From: the human T2T-CHM13v2.0 reference genome, Homo sapiens
NCBI RefSeq assembly: GCF_009914755.1
Contig: NC_060925.1
Strand: one strand, 5' to 3'
DNA: 64,000 bases
Part shown: piece by piece, positions 1 through 13,975 of the stretch
How the letters are laid out: every line of letters begins with the position of its first letter
Numbering within the stretch: position 1 is the first letter of the stretch
Made by a program: the position numbers and the translations under genes
Notes under the pieces: generated by a model
What the model saw: the letters and a program-made list of their open reading frames with translations, nothing else
Database searches by the model: none
What the model was told of the DNA's origin: nothing

Positions 1-307
1 TGCAATGTTTTCTAGTTGTTACAAAACCATAGATTTTGAAAAGAAGATAAATATATTTCCTGATTTTCTTTTTCAATGTAAAATTAACAAGGTTAAGATT
101 GATATATACTTATTTTCTAAGTGGATGGGGGTATTTATGCTTGTACATGAATATGTACATACACAACTCAACATACTGTTTATCCAGTTCTAAATTATTT
201 TATTCATTTTTAATATAGGAGGGCTATTAGGGGAGGTGGAAATGGCCAAGTAAGAAAACAATGACATATAAAGACATGAGATAAGCGGTAAAAAATAAGC
301 ATGCTCA

Positions 308-622
<315 letters not shown>

Positions 623-872
623 AAGCATGCTCATTTTTAAGTAAACAAAGATGACATAAGTGAATGTTCTTTCTAATCTAGGCCACCTCTGGATTTACAA
701 CTAAATAGAAAAGGAAAGACGGGATGATTAGATGGTTGCGAACTAGGTATTGGAAGAACAAATAAGGAGTTTATTTTCATAAGATGGATATGAGGTTTAT
801 CCCTTTCTTTCAGAGTTTAAACCCATGGCAAAATAAATATGTATATTAATAGTTTATAAAGAGAAAACATAT

Positions 873-1260
873 TGTGTATCTTAGGTTGTATTTTCTAGAA
901 ACTGAGACTAAAATAGGAATTTAGATTCCTAAATTTATTGAAATAATGCTCTTTAAGGAAAATCTGGGCATGAATGAGGGGAAAAAAAATGAGGAAGAGG
1001 AAAGAGCTGACCAGAATACAATTAGGTAAATTGTGTCCTTAGCCTTATCCTGGGAGTATTATGGGGAGTGAATTGCATTGTATAGGAATTCTGCCTTGGA
1101 GCCAGGGGGATGTAGACTTTCAGACCTGTGGAGAGGAGTTGACCCCGTCAGTCCAGGGCAAGGCTTCAGAAAAGGTTGTATGTGCACTCAACAGGGGTTG
1201 AGAGTTTCAGCCAGTAAAGGGGATTCAAGTGGGGCATACACCAAGATGGCTCCATTATGT
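873..1260 (-). mobile_element. Ancient ERVL-type LTR remnant (LTR16/LTR33/LTR79-like)
   Basis: Begins tgtgtatcttaggttgtattttctagaaactgagactaaaatagg...tttattgaaat, resembling the reverse 3' end of old ERVL LTRs. Very diverged, boundaries approximate. Confidence 0.4.
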
Positions 1261-2020
1261 TAAACAAACATACAAAATAATAGGGGTGGAAGAGTCTAAT
1301 TTCAGCTGGGAGATTTGTCAATGTCTTTATGACATGTGGCTCTGTCACATGTCACATGTCCCTACCTAACTAGAGCTTGCAATGGTGGTTCTCCTATGTC
1401 ATTATTCTCCAGAATTCCTTGTGGGAAATGTCAGAATTCCTTTAGCAGTGATTTTTAAGCTGTTTCCAGTAAAATAAATTCAAATAACTCACTTTCGGTT
1501 TTTACAGGCATATTACCAGTGAAGGTTGCAGGTTATCTCAAAGAAATATGAAACATGAAACCAGGATATTTTATGGTCCAAACCTTTATAGTTTCTGTCA
1601 TTTTTTACAACTGCACTTTTATGCAGCTTTGAGTTTACGTGTGGTGTGTTTTGAGGGGATGCATTTTTCTATTTTGTATTTCTGAAGCTAGTGTTTGAAA
1701 GATCATATTTAGGAGCGTCTGTTTTTTTCTTCTATTTACATTGTGGTTTTGTGATTTAATGACAATAGAAGGAGTTATAGTGTGTTGGGGGTTTATAAAA
1801 TTCATATGGTTAAGAGCGGTAAGTATGTGTGCATTGGAGAAGTCACAATCCACCTATCAATTACACCCAGGGGCTAAAGTAGATGTGGAAGTTGAATCAA
1901 CCTGAGTCTGGAATGTGTTCATACTCTGCTCAGTTGCAGAGTATGAATCTTTCAGACCGTAATACAATTTTATTTCCAGTCTTATAATCCTATGCTTGCA
2001 TTAAACCTAGGCTTCTTAGA

Positions 2021-2330
2021 GGACGGTTGTGGTGGCTCACATCTGTAATCCCAACACTTTAGGATGGCTGAGGTAGGCAGATCACTCGAGCCCAGGAGTT
2101 TGAGACCAGCCTAAGCAACCTGGTGAAACCAAGTATCTACTAAAAATAAAAAATAATAATAATGGTGTGGTGGCGCATGCCTGTAGTCCCAGCTACTCAA
2201 GAGGCTCATGTGGGAAGATTGCTTGAGCCTGGGAAGCAGACATTGCGCTGAGATCATGCTACTGCATTCCAGCCTGGGTGACAGAGCAAAATTCCATGTC
2301 TGAATAAATAAATAAATAAACAAATAAATA
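2021..2330 (+). mobile_element. Alu SINE, AluJ-like, (TAAA)n tail
   Basis: ggacggttgtggtggctcacatctgtaatccc...gagcccaggagtttgagaccagcc...cagcctgggtgacagagc followed by an aataaataaat tail. Confidence 0.93.
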
Positions 2331-3249
2331 GAGGCTTATTTAATGTCCACACTCATTCTCGTAACATGCATTAAAAATTTAAAAACAATCATAGGCAAAA
2401 TTCATATTTCTAGTCTACTGAGGAAAAAGTAAGCCATTCAACTATTTGGAAATTTATTAAATTTTAACTGACCAACACTGTCCTCAGAATAGCTTATTTT
2501 ATTAATGATGTTATCAGTTTTGGGAAGGATTATGTCTTAATTTTTCAAACATATGCTATGGAATGTTGGAAGTGATCTTCGGGGAATTGTGTGAAATATT
2601 TTTTGCCTAAAAGAGGGAAATTAATCTCTAGACATAGAAATTATACTTTTTTATTACATAGAAGAATGTTTGCCATGAAGATCATAAATGAGATTTTTAG
2701 GGGCAGTGATCTCCCATTATCACACTGAGTCTTGTTACTTCTCACTGTCTTATAGCTTTCCTAGCACTCCTCAGAAGTATGATGAAAGGGAGGTTTCAGA
2801 TATAAGAGAGGAGACCTAATTGCTTTAGCAAACCAGTCTGAATAGGTGGTCTTTATATAGGGAAAAAGAAAGTGATTGAATGGGTATCATAGAGGTTGAT
2901 TTGGAAAGAGGTAGACTAGTGTAGAGACAAACATTTCAGTAAGTTTCAGGACTCAGAATGGTCAATTGTGAAAAATTATAGAAATATAAGTGAGATCAAG
3001 GGACCTGGGACTCCCACCTTGTCTTCTCTGAACCTCAAATTTAAGCTCTAGCTTGAAGATTCCTTTCTGAAAACTTGGAGCCTCCTGTAGTGGTCTAATA
3101 CAGATCAAAGAACATCACTGCATCCAATTTTAAAGGCAGCATGGTCTTAATACAAAGACTGGGAGTCAAAAATTAGAGTACAGCCTCATCTTGCATCTTC
3201 TGCAAAATCATCAAATGTTATCTTGTATACACGAAAGACCAGACTCATC

Positions 3250-3430
3250 ATTTAGCATGGGGATAAAATGATATGCTTCAGAACATGACCGATTCACATT
3301 CTAGTTTACCACTTAATGGTGGTCTAATACAGATCAAATTGCTATGTTAATTTGGCCAAGTTCTTAATTTTTCTAAATTTTAATTTCTAAATAATCAATT
3401 TTCCTCAAATTTGGAATGAGAAGCTTTGCT
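3250..3430 (+). mobile_element. MIR SINE fragment (diverged)
   Basis: ttcacattctagtttaccacttaat...gctatgttaatttggccaagttcttaatttttct follows the MIR core pattern. Confidence 0.45.
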
Positions 3431-3919
3431 AAACTTGATTAAAACAAATATTTAATGTTTAAATTTCTATGTTGAATATAATAATTATAATATAATCATA
3501 TTTCTGTATATGGGCATGAAGAGTAGTCTTCTTTGACATGCTACCAATACTTACTAAATAACTCATTTTTTACTGAAAGGCAATGTTATATTTGTATTAC
3601 ATTATATAATTTGTGTAACATTGTTATATTTGTATATTTTCTTATGTACAGAAATTTTTATTTCTGTATGTTCTTTAATACAGATACAACTTTGTTCCTT
3701 TGACAATACCATATAATTTTTATTATATTGAGCTTATATTAAGTTTTGCTATCTGGTAAGGCAAATATCTCTGTACAGTCTTTCTTACAATATTCCTATA
3801 TTTTTTCACAGACATTTTTGTTTCACCTGAAATTTTAAATTAATTAAAATCAATTTTATGGAGGTTCCAAAATATCCCTCATTTGAATGATAATTGGATT
3901 ATATAGTAACAGCATTGGA

Positions 3920-4780
3920 TCTTTTCCCCTAAGCTCCCGACTCAAGTATAACCGGCTATATTTTCATCTGGATATTTCAAATACACAGCCCACATTTAAC
4001 ATGCCCAACACTGAGTTTTTGCTGCAACCCTTCCTTTCTCAGTTAATGGTAATATCCTATGTGTACACGAGCAAAAAATCTTGATCTCATCCTTAATTTC
4101 ACTCTTTCCTTCACACCAAACAGCCAGTATCAGGGCTTTAGCTTTCATACATATCCAGGATATGATCACATCTCACAAAATCTGGCTACCACCTGGCCTG
4201 TGCCACCTTTATTTCTCACGGGGACCACTGCAGTAGCCTCACAACTGTTCTTCCTGTTCTGCCTTGGCTCTCCTTAGTATGGTGAATTGGGCAACAAGAG
4301 TTTTCCTGTCAAAAACTCAGAGCATGTTTCTGTCTGCTTAAGGCCCTCCAGTGACTTTCTATCCTACTCAGAGTGAAAAAAAATACTTACAATGATATGA
4401 GCTGGTTTTCCCTCACTACCTTACCCTTTGCTTACTCCACTTCAGCTGTATTAGTGTCTTACATATTCTCAACTCAGAGACATTGTACTTTCTTCCTCTG
4501 CCTGGGAGGGTCTTTAATCAGATGCCACATGGCTTGCTGTCCTATCCCCTTTAGGTCTGCATTCAAATGTCATGTTCTCACTGAAGCCTTTTCTGACTAC
4601 GCTGTGAGAAACTTCTATTTCTACAACAGTTTCAGTTTGCTTTTACTGCTTTATTTTTCTTCATAGCATTTTACTCTGTTTAGCATATAATGTGTTTATT
4701 TTCTGCATCCCACTTCTATCATTGCATTCTCAATATACAAAGTAACAAAAATTAATATTCATTGAATTAATGAATGATAA
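3920..4780 (+). mobile_element. L2 LINE 3' remnant
   Basis: L2-type motifs (ctccagtgactttctatcctactcagagtgaaaa; ggtctgcattcaaatgtcatgttctcactgaagccttttctgac), ending in a degenerate attgaattaatgaatga tail. Confidence 0.65.
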
Positions 4781-5146
4781 CACACACACACATACAAGAA
4801 ATGACATTTACATGATACTGAGTTTTGCCATGCAGGAATACAACATGTTTTTCCCTTTACTTAGGATCTATTTCATGCCCTTATGCATTTAAAGCTCTCT
4901 CTAAAGGGACTCTACCCTTCTACTGTATAGTTCACTCCAATATTTTTTATAGTTTCAATGTAATTTAAATGGACTATTTTCAGTTTTAAGTAGCTATATC
5001 TATTCTAGAAAAGCCTATTAATATGTATTATTGATCTTGTATCTAGCCATTATACCAAATTATTTTATTAATTCTATTAGTTTTTTACCTGATCAGATGC
5101 AAGATCATGGAATTATAGCATCTCTGCTCAATAGTCTTTAGTTTTT

Positions 5147-5384
5147 TGTGTTTTATTTTATATATATGTATTTTTATTATACTTTAAGTTCTAGGGTACA
5201 TGTGCACAACATGCAGTTTTGTTACATATATATACATGTGCCGTGTTGGTGTGCTGTACCCATTAACTCATCATTTACATTAGGTATATCTCCTAATGCT
5301 TTCCCTCCCCCCTCCCCCCGCCCCACAACAGGCCCCGGTGTATGATGTTCCCCTTCCTGTGTCCAAGTGTTTTCATTGTTCAAT
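5147..5384 (-). mobile_element. 5'-truncated L1PA (about L1PA4/5), 3' UTR only
   Basis: ttattatactttaagttctagggtacatgtgcacaac...cctaatgctttccctcccccctccccc...ccaagtgttttcattgttcaat. 19-bp TSD TCAATAGTCTTTAGTTTTT at 5128-5146 and 5380-5398. Confidence 0.95.
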
Positions 5385-5730
5385 AGTCTTTAGTTTTTAT
5401 GTCATAGCTTCCTAATGCTTCAGATGAAAATTGTAGCACTAATCTGATTCACGTATTGTAATATGGAACCTCTTTCCCCTCATCTTAGGGGATAAGGTTT
5501 TATCTTTTAATGTGGAATTTAGAAATTTGTGTTAATTCTGGCTGAAAGTTTGTGAGTCTTTTCCACATGCAATTTCAAACTTCAGCTCAGAAGGTTTTTT
5601 TTTCTTTTATTGTGCAGTTATTAGTTTTCCACTCGTTTCTCTTTTTTCTCCTTTTGGCATTCCTATTGTAAGTCCGTAGATATACCTTTCTTACCTTTTA
5701 GCTTTTCCTTCAAGACTTACATTCCTTTTT

Positions 5731-6041
5731 ATTTATTTATTTTTTGAGACAGGGTCTCACTCTGTTGCCCAGGCTGGAGTGCAGAGGTGCAATCATGATC
5801 ACAGGTCACTCTAAAACCTCATACTCCTGGGCTCAAGTGGCTCTTCAACGTCAGCCTGCTGAGGAATGAGGACTACAGGCAAGTGTCACTATGCCTGGCT
5901 AATTAACTTTTTTTTTCTTTTGTAGAGACGAAGGTCTCACTATGTTTCCCAGGCTAGTCTCAAACCCCTGGCCTCAAGTGATCCTCCTACCTGGGCCTCC
6001 CAAAGTGCTGGGATTACATGCATGAGTCATTGTGCTCAGCT
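5731..6041 (-). mobile_element. Alu SINE, AluJ-like
   Basis: gagacagggtctcactctgttgcccaggctggagtgcag...ctcctgggctcaagtg...cccaaagtgctgggattaca. TSD CATTCCTTTTT at 5720-5730 and 6043-6053. Confidence 0.93.
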
Positions 6042-8589
6042 GCATTCCTTTTTGTCAGTGTTGTAAAATTATTTTTTATTAGTGTTATAAAATTTTATTT
6101 TCTACTTGATCTTCAAGATTAAAAGATCTCACCTTGACAGTGATCCTTCTAATTTCCAATTTCTGTCTTGAGTTTTTACACTCAAAAATTATATAATATG
6201 TGTTGTTGAATACATTTTGTGCTCTAATTGCTTCTCCATGTGTATTTTCATTTCTACTACTTAAAATTAAACTTGATTTTCCCTCAGTCTTTTAAAATAA
6301 TATATTATTTTACCTTTTAATGTTTCATCAGCAACCATATAGTTCTATAAAACAGCAGGTAAATTTTGGAATAAAGGCATAGAAATTTCTGTTCTTGCGA
6401 TTTAGTTGATAACAAACTGGAGAAAATTACCCTTCTGCTGAAGAATGGGAAAGAATCCTGATGTGGCCTGATTTTCTTGTGTGTAAATCAAAGCCCTTTC
6501 CCAACCGGGAAACTGAGATGTAGCTTAACCCTGAAGTTATCCTGCAGGTCAGGGGTGGTTCTCCCTTTATCATAAACAGCAAACAGGCTGTTCTTTTTTT
6601 TTTCTAGGGATTTCACTGTTTTCTGCTATCTGGATTTTCCCAAAGATCCGCTAAATCCTAAACTTCATCTTGGTCTGAAGAAGGGCAAGTCCTCTCTCCA
6701 GCTCTTCATTTGCTGACTCTCACTGATGCAAGAAGAATGAAGTCTCTTACCTGCCTTCTCCTAGGACATCCTGGGAGAAACTGTGACTGCTGGTGTGTTC
6801 TCAAAACTCACCAACATGATTCTCCTTGTGGCTATATGACTCTAGAAAGGGAATTTAAATAAAATGATAACAATTAACAGATACTTTTATGTAAACAACC
6901 GGTAGTGACCACTATACTAGTTGGTTTGTATTTACCAAATTCCATGTCTGAGGCCAAGAATTTATCTCTAAATCCTCTGGGATAAAAATCCAGCATCTCA
7001 TCTTTTTTTCTGCCAGCTGTAAAAACATTGCAGGAAGGTACTGAGTACTTTTTGTTGTTGTTTTCTCCTTTCTTTGAATCTTTGGCTTTGACAAGCATGG
7101 AATGAAAATCATATAGAGCATGGAGCTTATAGCAAAGGAGAATGTAGAGGCAAAGAGAATAAAAATGCTGGGATAATTTCTTGAAAAATTACTTAGAGGA
7201 AGATGTCTTATTTTTGTGTCATATAACCTCTCACATGGTTCTTGAATGTTGCTAACTATGGCTAGCAGTGCGATTTCCAACAAGTAAACTGTAATCTAGC
7301 CAATGCTGTGAGAGTTGTACATGTCAACCAAGGGTCAAATATGGCTATACCTGTCAAGAGTTGCAAAGTAAATGTAGAATCTTACTTTCCCGAGGTACAT
7401 ATAATTTAAGTTTCTTGTTCTGTTCTTTACTGTGGCATTATTAAAACTTAAACCCACGCCATTTTCCTACTGAGTCACTTTCAATGCATAAGAATATGCT
7501 TTCAAGCTATAACTGCATCAATACCTGTGATTGTACTTTCTATTGAGAATACAAATGCTTTTTCCCCCCTTCAGAGCTGTCAAAGCTTCTGATGCTGAAG
7601 AGTTGATCTTGGAAAATGCAGGTTCAGTCCTGCTACCAGCAGAAAGTGAAGAAAGTCCTTAATTTCACAATCGATGTCATCCTAACGATGCCAGTATAAT
7701 AATGGTGCAGAAAACATACTTCATTGATTTTATCTTTTTCTATTTGGGAAGGCAAAATTAATCATTCATCTGATCTGTGATGTGACAAGTTAGATATCAT
7801 ATTCTGTTAAAATCAGTTAGTTGTCGATCAAAATCAACAGTGCTTTTTCTTCAGATTGATTGGCACTAAATTCTTCATAGCTTAAGAAATTTGACATTTT
7901 ATATAAGAACTCAAACAGCATGGAGCCACAATTTTATTGTCGATTATAACATGCCTGTAATTGACAAGTAAGTAAGTAAACACCTGTTTGGTGTGATCCA
8001 TTCATCTTAATTCCATTGTGGTCCCATGCTTTTGCTTTAATTTTATGCTTGCTATATTTGGACCTGAAATAACTCCCCACAAGCCTTTCTGTAAGCAATA
8101 TTAAAAACAAACTTCTTTGGTTAACTTTCTGTATTTCTCAGTCAGATGCTAGGATCAGATGCACAGCCACAAACTTAGTTTCTCACACTATACATGTAAT
8201 ATATTAATTACATAATTTACCCTATGTATATTTGGTTGCTACCAAATGTTGATGAATCTTTGTTAGTGGATTGTGTGCTTTTTCCATATGTAATGAGAGT
8301 TTGCGACACTGCTTCTGCTTGGAAAGTATGCTATAGTTAATGCATTTATTTTATTAAACACCAACAGAACTACATCTAGTTATTTCTAATCACTTGGTAG
8401 CTAATAAACATTAGCCTAATTTAATAAACCTAATTTGACATCATGATTTTTTCCCTTTGTATTAAATTTGAGCTCTAGAATTTAGGTGGCCAGACCTTCA
8501 TTAGGTTGTGCCCCTATTTTCCACAGTACTTCCATAGTATTGATTTGGTCTTGTTCAAAAAAGGCAAGTCAATATACTTAATAAAGAAA

Positions 8590-9647
8590 CAAAAATCCTC
8601 ACTATTCACAGGTTCTATATTCTGAATTTGTAATTTTGTCTACTCGTTAAAATGTCTTTGCAGCCCCAAAATTAATACTTGTGGGCTTTTGGGTCATTTG
8701 CAGACATGTGCAGATTAGCCAAAAATTTGAGTCTCTTGGGCATGTTCCCAGCTGAGGTTGAACAAAGTGAATCTGCCTTCTTGTTTCAGGTCTTGGTCAC
8801 ATGGCAAACAAGTGTTTGTTTTGAGGGCTACTTAATGGCACATTTTTTGTATTTTTGTGATTTTTTTAGGTGATTTTTGCTGTTAAAATAGCCCCCAAGC
8901 ATAGTGCTGAAGTGCTGTCTGATGATGCTAAATGCAAGAAGGCAGTTCTGTGCCACATGGGGAGAATTTGTTTTAGGTAAGTTTTATTCAGGCATGAGTT
9001 ATAGTGTGGTTGGCTGTGAGTTCAATGTTAGTTCAATGTGAGTTCAATGAATCGACAATATAGTACATCCATAAAAAGGAAGAAGAAATTTACCAATCTG
9101 TACATGAGAATGCTCTGGAAAACGCTAAAGTAACTTCTACAGTATGTGATGAAGCTATGGTAAAGATTTAAAAAGACTTAATTTTTCAATTCAACTGATT
9201 AAAAAAAAAACAGTGGGTAGCATTATGACGCTGAAAGCCAAATAAATTTATGATCATGTTATCCAGTATCAGGAAAATATTAAACCTTTCTCTGGTAGTG
9301 CCAACTGGCTCTCATGTTTCAAAAGGTGCTAAGGTATGAAAACTGCTAAAATTATGGGTAATGTAGATTCTATGAATCAGGAGGCTGAAAAGGAATTTAG
9401 AAAATACTATTATATAGAAAAAGCATTCTGTGGAAGAGCAGGTTTTCAAAGCTGATGAGATTGGCTTGTTTAACATTAGTGAATGACCCATACAACTCAA
9501 ATGGTGTTTTGGTTGAAGTGTTGTGACCATTGTCTTCCAGGCATCTAATTCTGTAGTGCTCCTTGGAGCAATAGTTCCGTACTCACTAATTCAGTGTTTG
9601 TGGTGACTTTATAAAGCATATCTACATTGAATAAAGAGAATTGACTG
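8590..9647 (+). mobile_element. TcMar-Tigger DNA transposon, MER82-related, with extra transposase-derived internal sequence (possibly Tigger17-type)
   Basis: Both ends match my recall of MER82 (cccagctgaggttgaacaaa; gcccccaagcatagtgctgaagtgctgtct; right end gagaattgactg followed by TA). Internal remnant reads EEQVFKADEIGLF at 9433-9471. Confidence 0.8.
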
Positions 9648-10205
9648 TAAATGAATAAATATATTCCATTGTATTCAAGTGTTCCGTAGAAATATAGAAC
9701 ACAAATCAATTTCTCATCATCATAAATAACAATGTAACTGATGGCAAAAATCTCATTTGTCTTTAATAGCTACTCTCTATATCATTTAGCTTATTTGAGA
9801 GAAGCAACATAACATAGACTATATTGCTATCTGATTAGTGAGATCAAGTAGGCTACTAAAAAATTCCCAACCTGAAAGGAAGCAGCACCACAATGACATA
9901 ACCTCCTATATCAGTCAGGATTTCCTAGATTGCTGCAGTCTGTAACAAACAATCCAAACACCTCAGCAATTTACCATCACATTGCCATTTATGGTAAAGG
10001 AGAATGAGATTAGGTACGTCACATATTAATTCTTAAAATTTATGTTCTGTGTCTGGAAGTTCATTATTTCTTTTCTTTTTTCTTTTTCTTTTTTTTAGCC
10101 AAAGAAAGTCACATAATTATTCCCGTGAACCACAGAGTAGGATTTTTGGTGAACAGTAAAATAATGCTTCATATTCCCTTAATAATCATGAATTTAAAAA
10201 TAACA

Positions 10206-10531
<326 letters not shown>

Positions 10532-11779
10532 CTAGCAATGGAAAAGGATTGCAATATGTATACCACATGCGAGCAGTTGTGTTAACTCAGATTCATAAAT
10601 ATCAATATTTTCTACTATGGAAATCTAATTATTATAACTTTTCTACTTAGGCCTATCCTGCAGCTATTTGTTGCCATCAGGGTAATTACCAGTTCCCTAG
10701 CCTGCCATTTCATTGACTTCGTAATGTGGACTTTACCATCTATATCTTTCCATTTTTTGCCTTCCTTTTATGCAACTGCAATCTTGATAAGAACCAAAAT
10801 ATGTCATGACTTTGTGTTTTGATAATACTGTCTATTCTTCCCGGAATGCAGTTTCTATCATTCCCCCTTGGTTTGGTTAATATTTTCTAATCCTTTAAAA
10901 ATTCCCTCACTCTTGGCGCTAACCCATTGCAAGACAGATTATCTCCTCTTCTTTGTTCTGAGAATAAACTATCATTATTGCATATTACAACACATTCCAT
11001 TAAACATATATATATATATGTCCACCAGACTGCGAGCTTATTAATGGCACAAGAACGGTGTCTTAATTATATTTGCATGCTACTGTCTCATAAGGTACCA
11101 GAACATTTTAGATTATAAATACTGTGTTGAATAAATAAGTCAGCATTGAGTTCAGATCAAATAGCAATTATTTGTGTGTAATTTTATGTATCAATTCAAA
11201 ATCATAAATCCAATAATATTCAAGCCCAATATTATGATAAAATTCAAGATACCTGTGTATTCACAGAACTTGTATATCTGGAGAACTCTATAAACTTTAT
11301 AAATTAATCTTTTCAGCTACAGGATGAATGCTTTGTGATTTTGTTCCTGAAGCACTTCCATAAGAAACCACAAAAATAACTTTCAAAACATCCTATAAAA
11401 TTAGCTTAAGGGTGAGTACTTGATAAATTTGGAAAAGCCTCTGACTTGTTCATGCATTATGCTCAGGAAATGCTACGCAAAGATGATTTTTAAGTAAGAA
11501 ATTAGGACCTGAATGCAGGTACTGTTGTGACACTTACACAACACTTTGTCCTGATTTCTTGATTAATGAAAAAGTAAGAAAATAATGCAAATGACCAATT
11601 TTTCCCTTGAAGAATGAAGGAAGAAGAATCAAATCAGAAATTAGATCTTGCCTTGCTCCTATGACACTTTACAAAGACCTTCAAACACATTAGCCCGGTA
11701 TGTTGTATTAAAATTTAAAACTATAAAACCTTAAGATTTATTTAAAATTTCAATACATTTCTTGTCTTCCATCCTGTCA

Positions 11780-12270
11780 TTTAATGTTGCAGTTTTTCAA
11801 GACTTAGTCCTAGCTTCTTTTTCTCTATATTATGTATTTTCATCTATGTTCACTTTTTCAATTACCACTTATAAAAAGATTCTCAAATTTATGTGTAGTC
11901 TAAATCTTCATTGTTATCTAGACTTTATATGGAGACACTAACATACCATTTTTGGATCTATCAAAAACATATTACTCGATGTGTTCAAACTTATTCCTAC
12001 TTTCCAAACTAGTTCTCTTCCAGGGCGATACCAGTCAGTGATCAGCACTATCATGCATCTAGATGGGGAAGTCAGAAATTCAGGAGTCTGTTTTGTCCTT
12101 CTCTTATGGCTGTAATATACAGTGCAACACCAAGCCCTGCATATTTTGGTTCTTAATTGGCTCTTCAATCCACTTCCCTCAACCTTCACTGCTATTCCAC
12201 TAAAGCAAGACATTGTGAACCCACACCTGAAATACTATAATAGCCAACATTCTTCTTGACCCACAAACAA
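11780..12270 (+). mobile_element. L2 LINE remnant
   Basis: Diverged L2 ORF2-like text (gattctcaaatttatgtgtagtc; caccaagccctgcatattttgg; cacacctgaaatactataatagcc). Confidence 0.5.
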
Positions 12271-12281
12271 ATATTCAAATT

Positions 12282-12795
12282 TGTATTAGGCTTCCCCAGA
12301 AAAACAGAATCAATAAGATAGTTATAGATACGTATATATATATATACACACATATAGAGTTATATATAGATATATGTATGTTTGTTTTAAAATATAATAT
12401 AAATAGTACATTAATAACTATATTTTAATTATAAACATAAATATATTTATCTTAAGGTGTTGTCTCATGTGATTATGAAGGTAGGCAAGTCCAAAATCTC
12501 CATAGTGGGCTGGAGACTCAAAAAAGAGCTGATGTGCAATTCAAGTCAGAAGACTGCCTGTTGGTAGAATTTCTTCTTGCTCAAGGGAGGTCAGGCTTTT
12601 TGTTCTATTCAAACCTTCAGTTAAGTAGATGAGGCTCACTTATATTATAGAGGTCAGTCTACTTTACTTGAGGTCCACCACCTTAAATGTTACTTTCACC
12701 CAAAGACACCTGCACAGAAACATTCGGAATACTGTCTGGCCAAAATATCTGGGCCTATGGCCCAGCCAAGTTGACACATAAAATAAACTTTCACA
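12282..12795 (-). mobile_element. ERVL solo LTR, MLT2 family (MLT2C/D-like), with internal (TA)-rich tract
   Basis: TG...CA ends: tgtattaggcttccccagaaaaacagaatcaata ... ggcccagccaagttgacacataaaataaactttcaca. Imperfect 5-bp TSD aaatt/atatt. Confidence 0.85.
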
Positions 12796-13642
12796 ATATT
12801 GTAGGCAGGTTTACACTTTTTTATTACAACTCCAGTCATGCTACCCTTTTCTCTATGAGGGCAGAAATAATATATAATTTTGTCTATATTTGCATTTTCT
12901 TCATCATACTATTTCAAGCACAGAGCACATCAAATGTAATAAATGTTGTTGAACAAATGGTGAGAAGCAAAAGAATGACCAAATACCCGGGTAAATTTCT
13001 GTGATTACCTGCCATATTTTAATACCAGCCACAAGAAAGAAGAACATTCACTGAAAAAACTATATAAGGACTACAGAATAATCTCATTAACACTCAGTAG
13101 GTATCTCCTTTTATTTATCACCTAAATTCTCTACATTCTCTTTGATACTAGCCTTCAAGATATTGAATATCTTGGTTCCTTTTTCTAAATATTTTTCACT
13201 CTTATTCTTTTAATGCATCCTCACATATGACCTCTGTAAGAGGCATTATCATTCATTTTCTAGATAAGCAAAATCAACTCGCATTAGTACACAGGACTTG
13301 ATCAGAGTCTCATTGCTATTCAAACCTGGGAAACTACTGCCATCCAAGTTTTCCCAACATCTCAGCTCTCTCTTTTTACCTAGAAATTTTCGATAAATGG
13401 GTTTTTACAGTTTGTAACTTATTGAGTATGCAGAGAGTACACAGAATCACAGGCAGGAGGACTCTAGTAAGAAACTTGGCTAGTAAATGTCAGAAAGAAA
13501 ACTCTTCTGTAGATTTTAAAACTAACGCAATCTGAGCAGCAGGAAGCTGTAGCATGAATTCTAGTAAGGGAGAATGGGAGCCAAGGAAACAAGATGAAGA
13601 GAAAGTTAAACAGCAGGAGGGTTTAAAAAGAAAACACAACTA

Positions 13643-13975
13643 CAGTAGTCCCCCCTTTATCCCTGATGATAAGTTCCAAGACTCCCAGTGGATGCCTGAA
13701 ACTGCAGATAGTACTTAACCCTATAATATATACTACATTTTTCCCATATGTACCTATGATAAAGCTTATAAATTAGGCACAGGAAGAGACTAAAAACAAT
13801 AATTAATAATGAATTAAAACAATTATAACAATACACTTTAATAAAAATTATGTGAGTGTGGTTCTCTCTCTTTCAAAAGATCTTACTATACTGTATTCAC
13901 ATACTTTGGAACTGTGATTGACTGTGGGTAACTGAAACTGCAGAATGCGAAACTGCGGATGAGATGGGACTATTC
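13643..13975 (-). mobile_element. MER44A-like non-autonomous Tigger DNA transposon
   Basis: TA|cagtagtcccccctttatcc...ccccagtggatgcctgaaactgc...gcggatgagatgggactattc|TA: degenerate TIRs flanked by TA. Confidence 0.85.
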
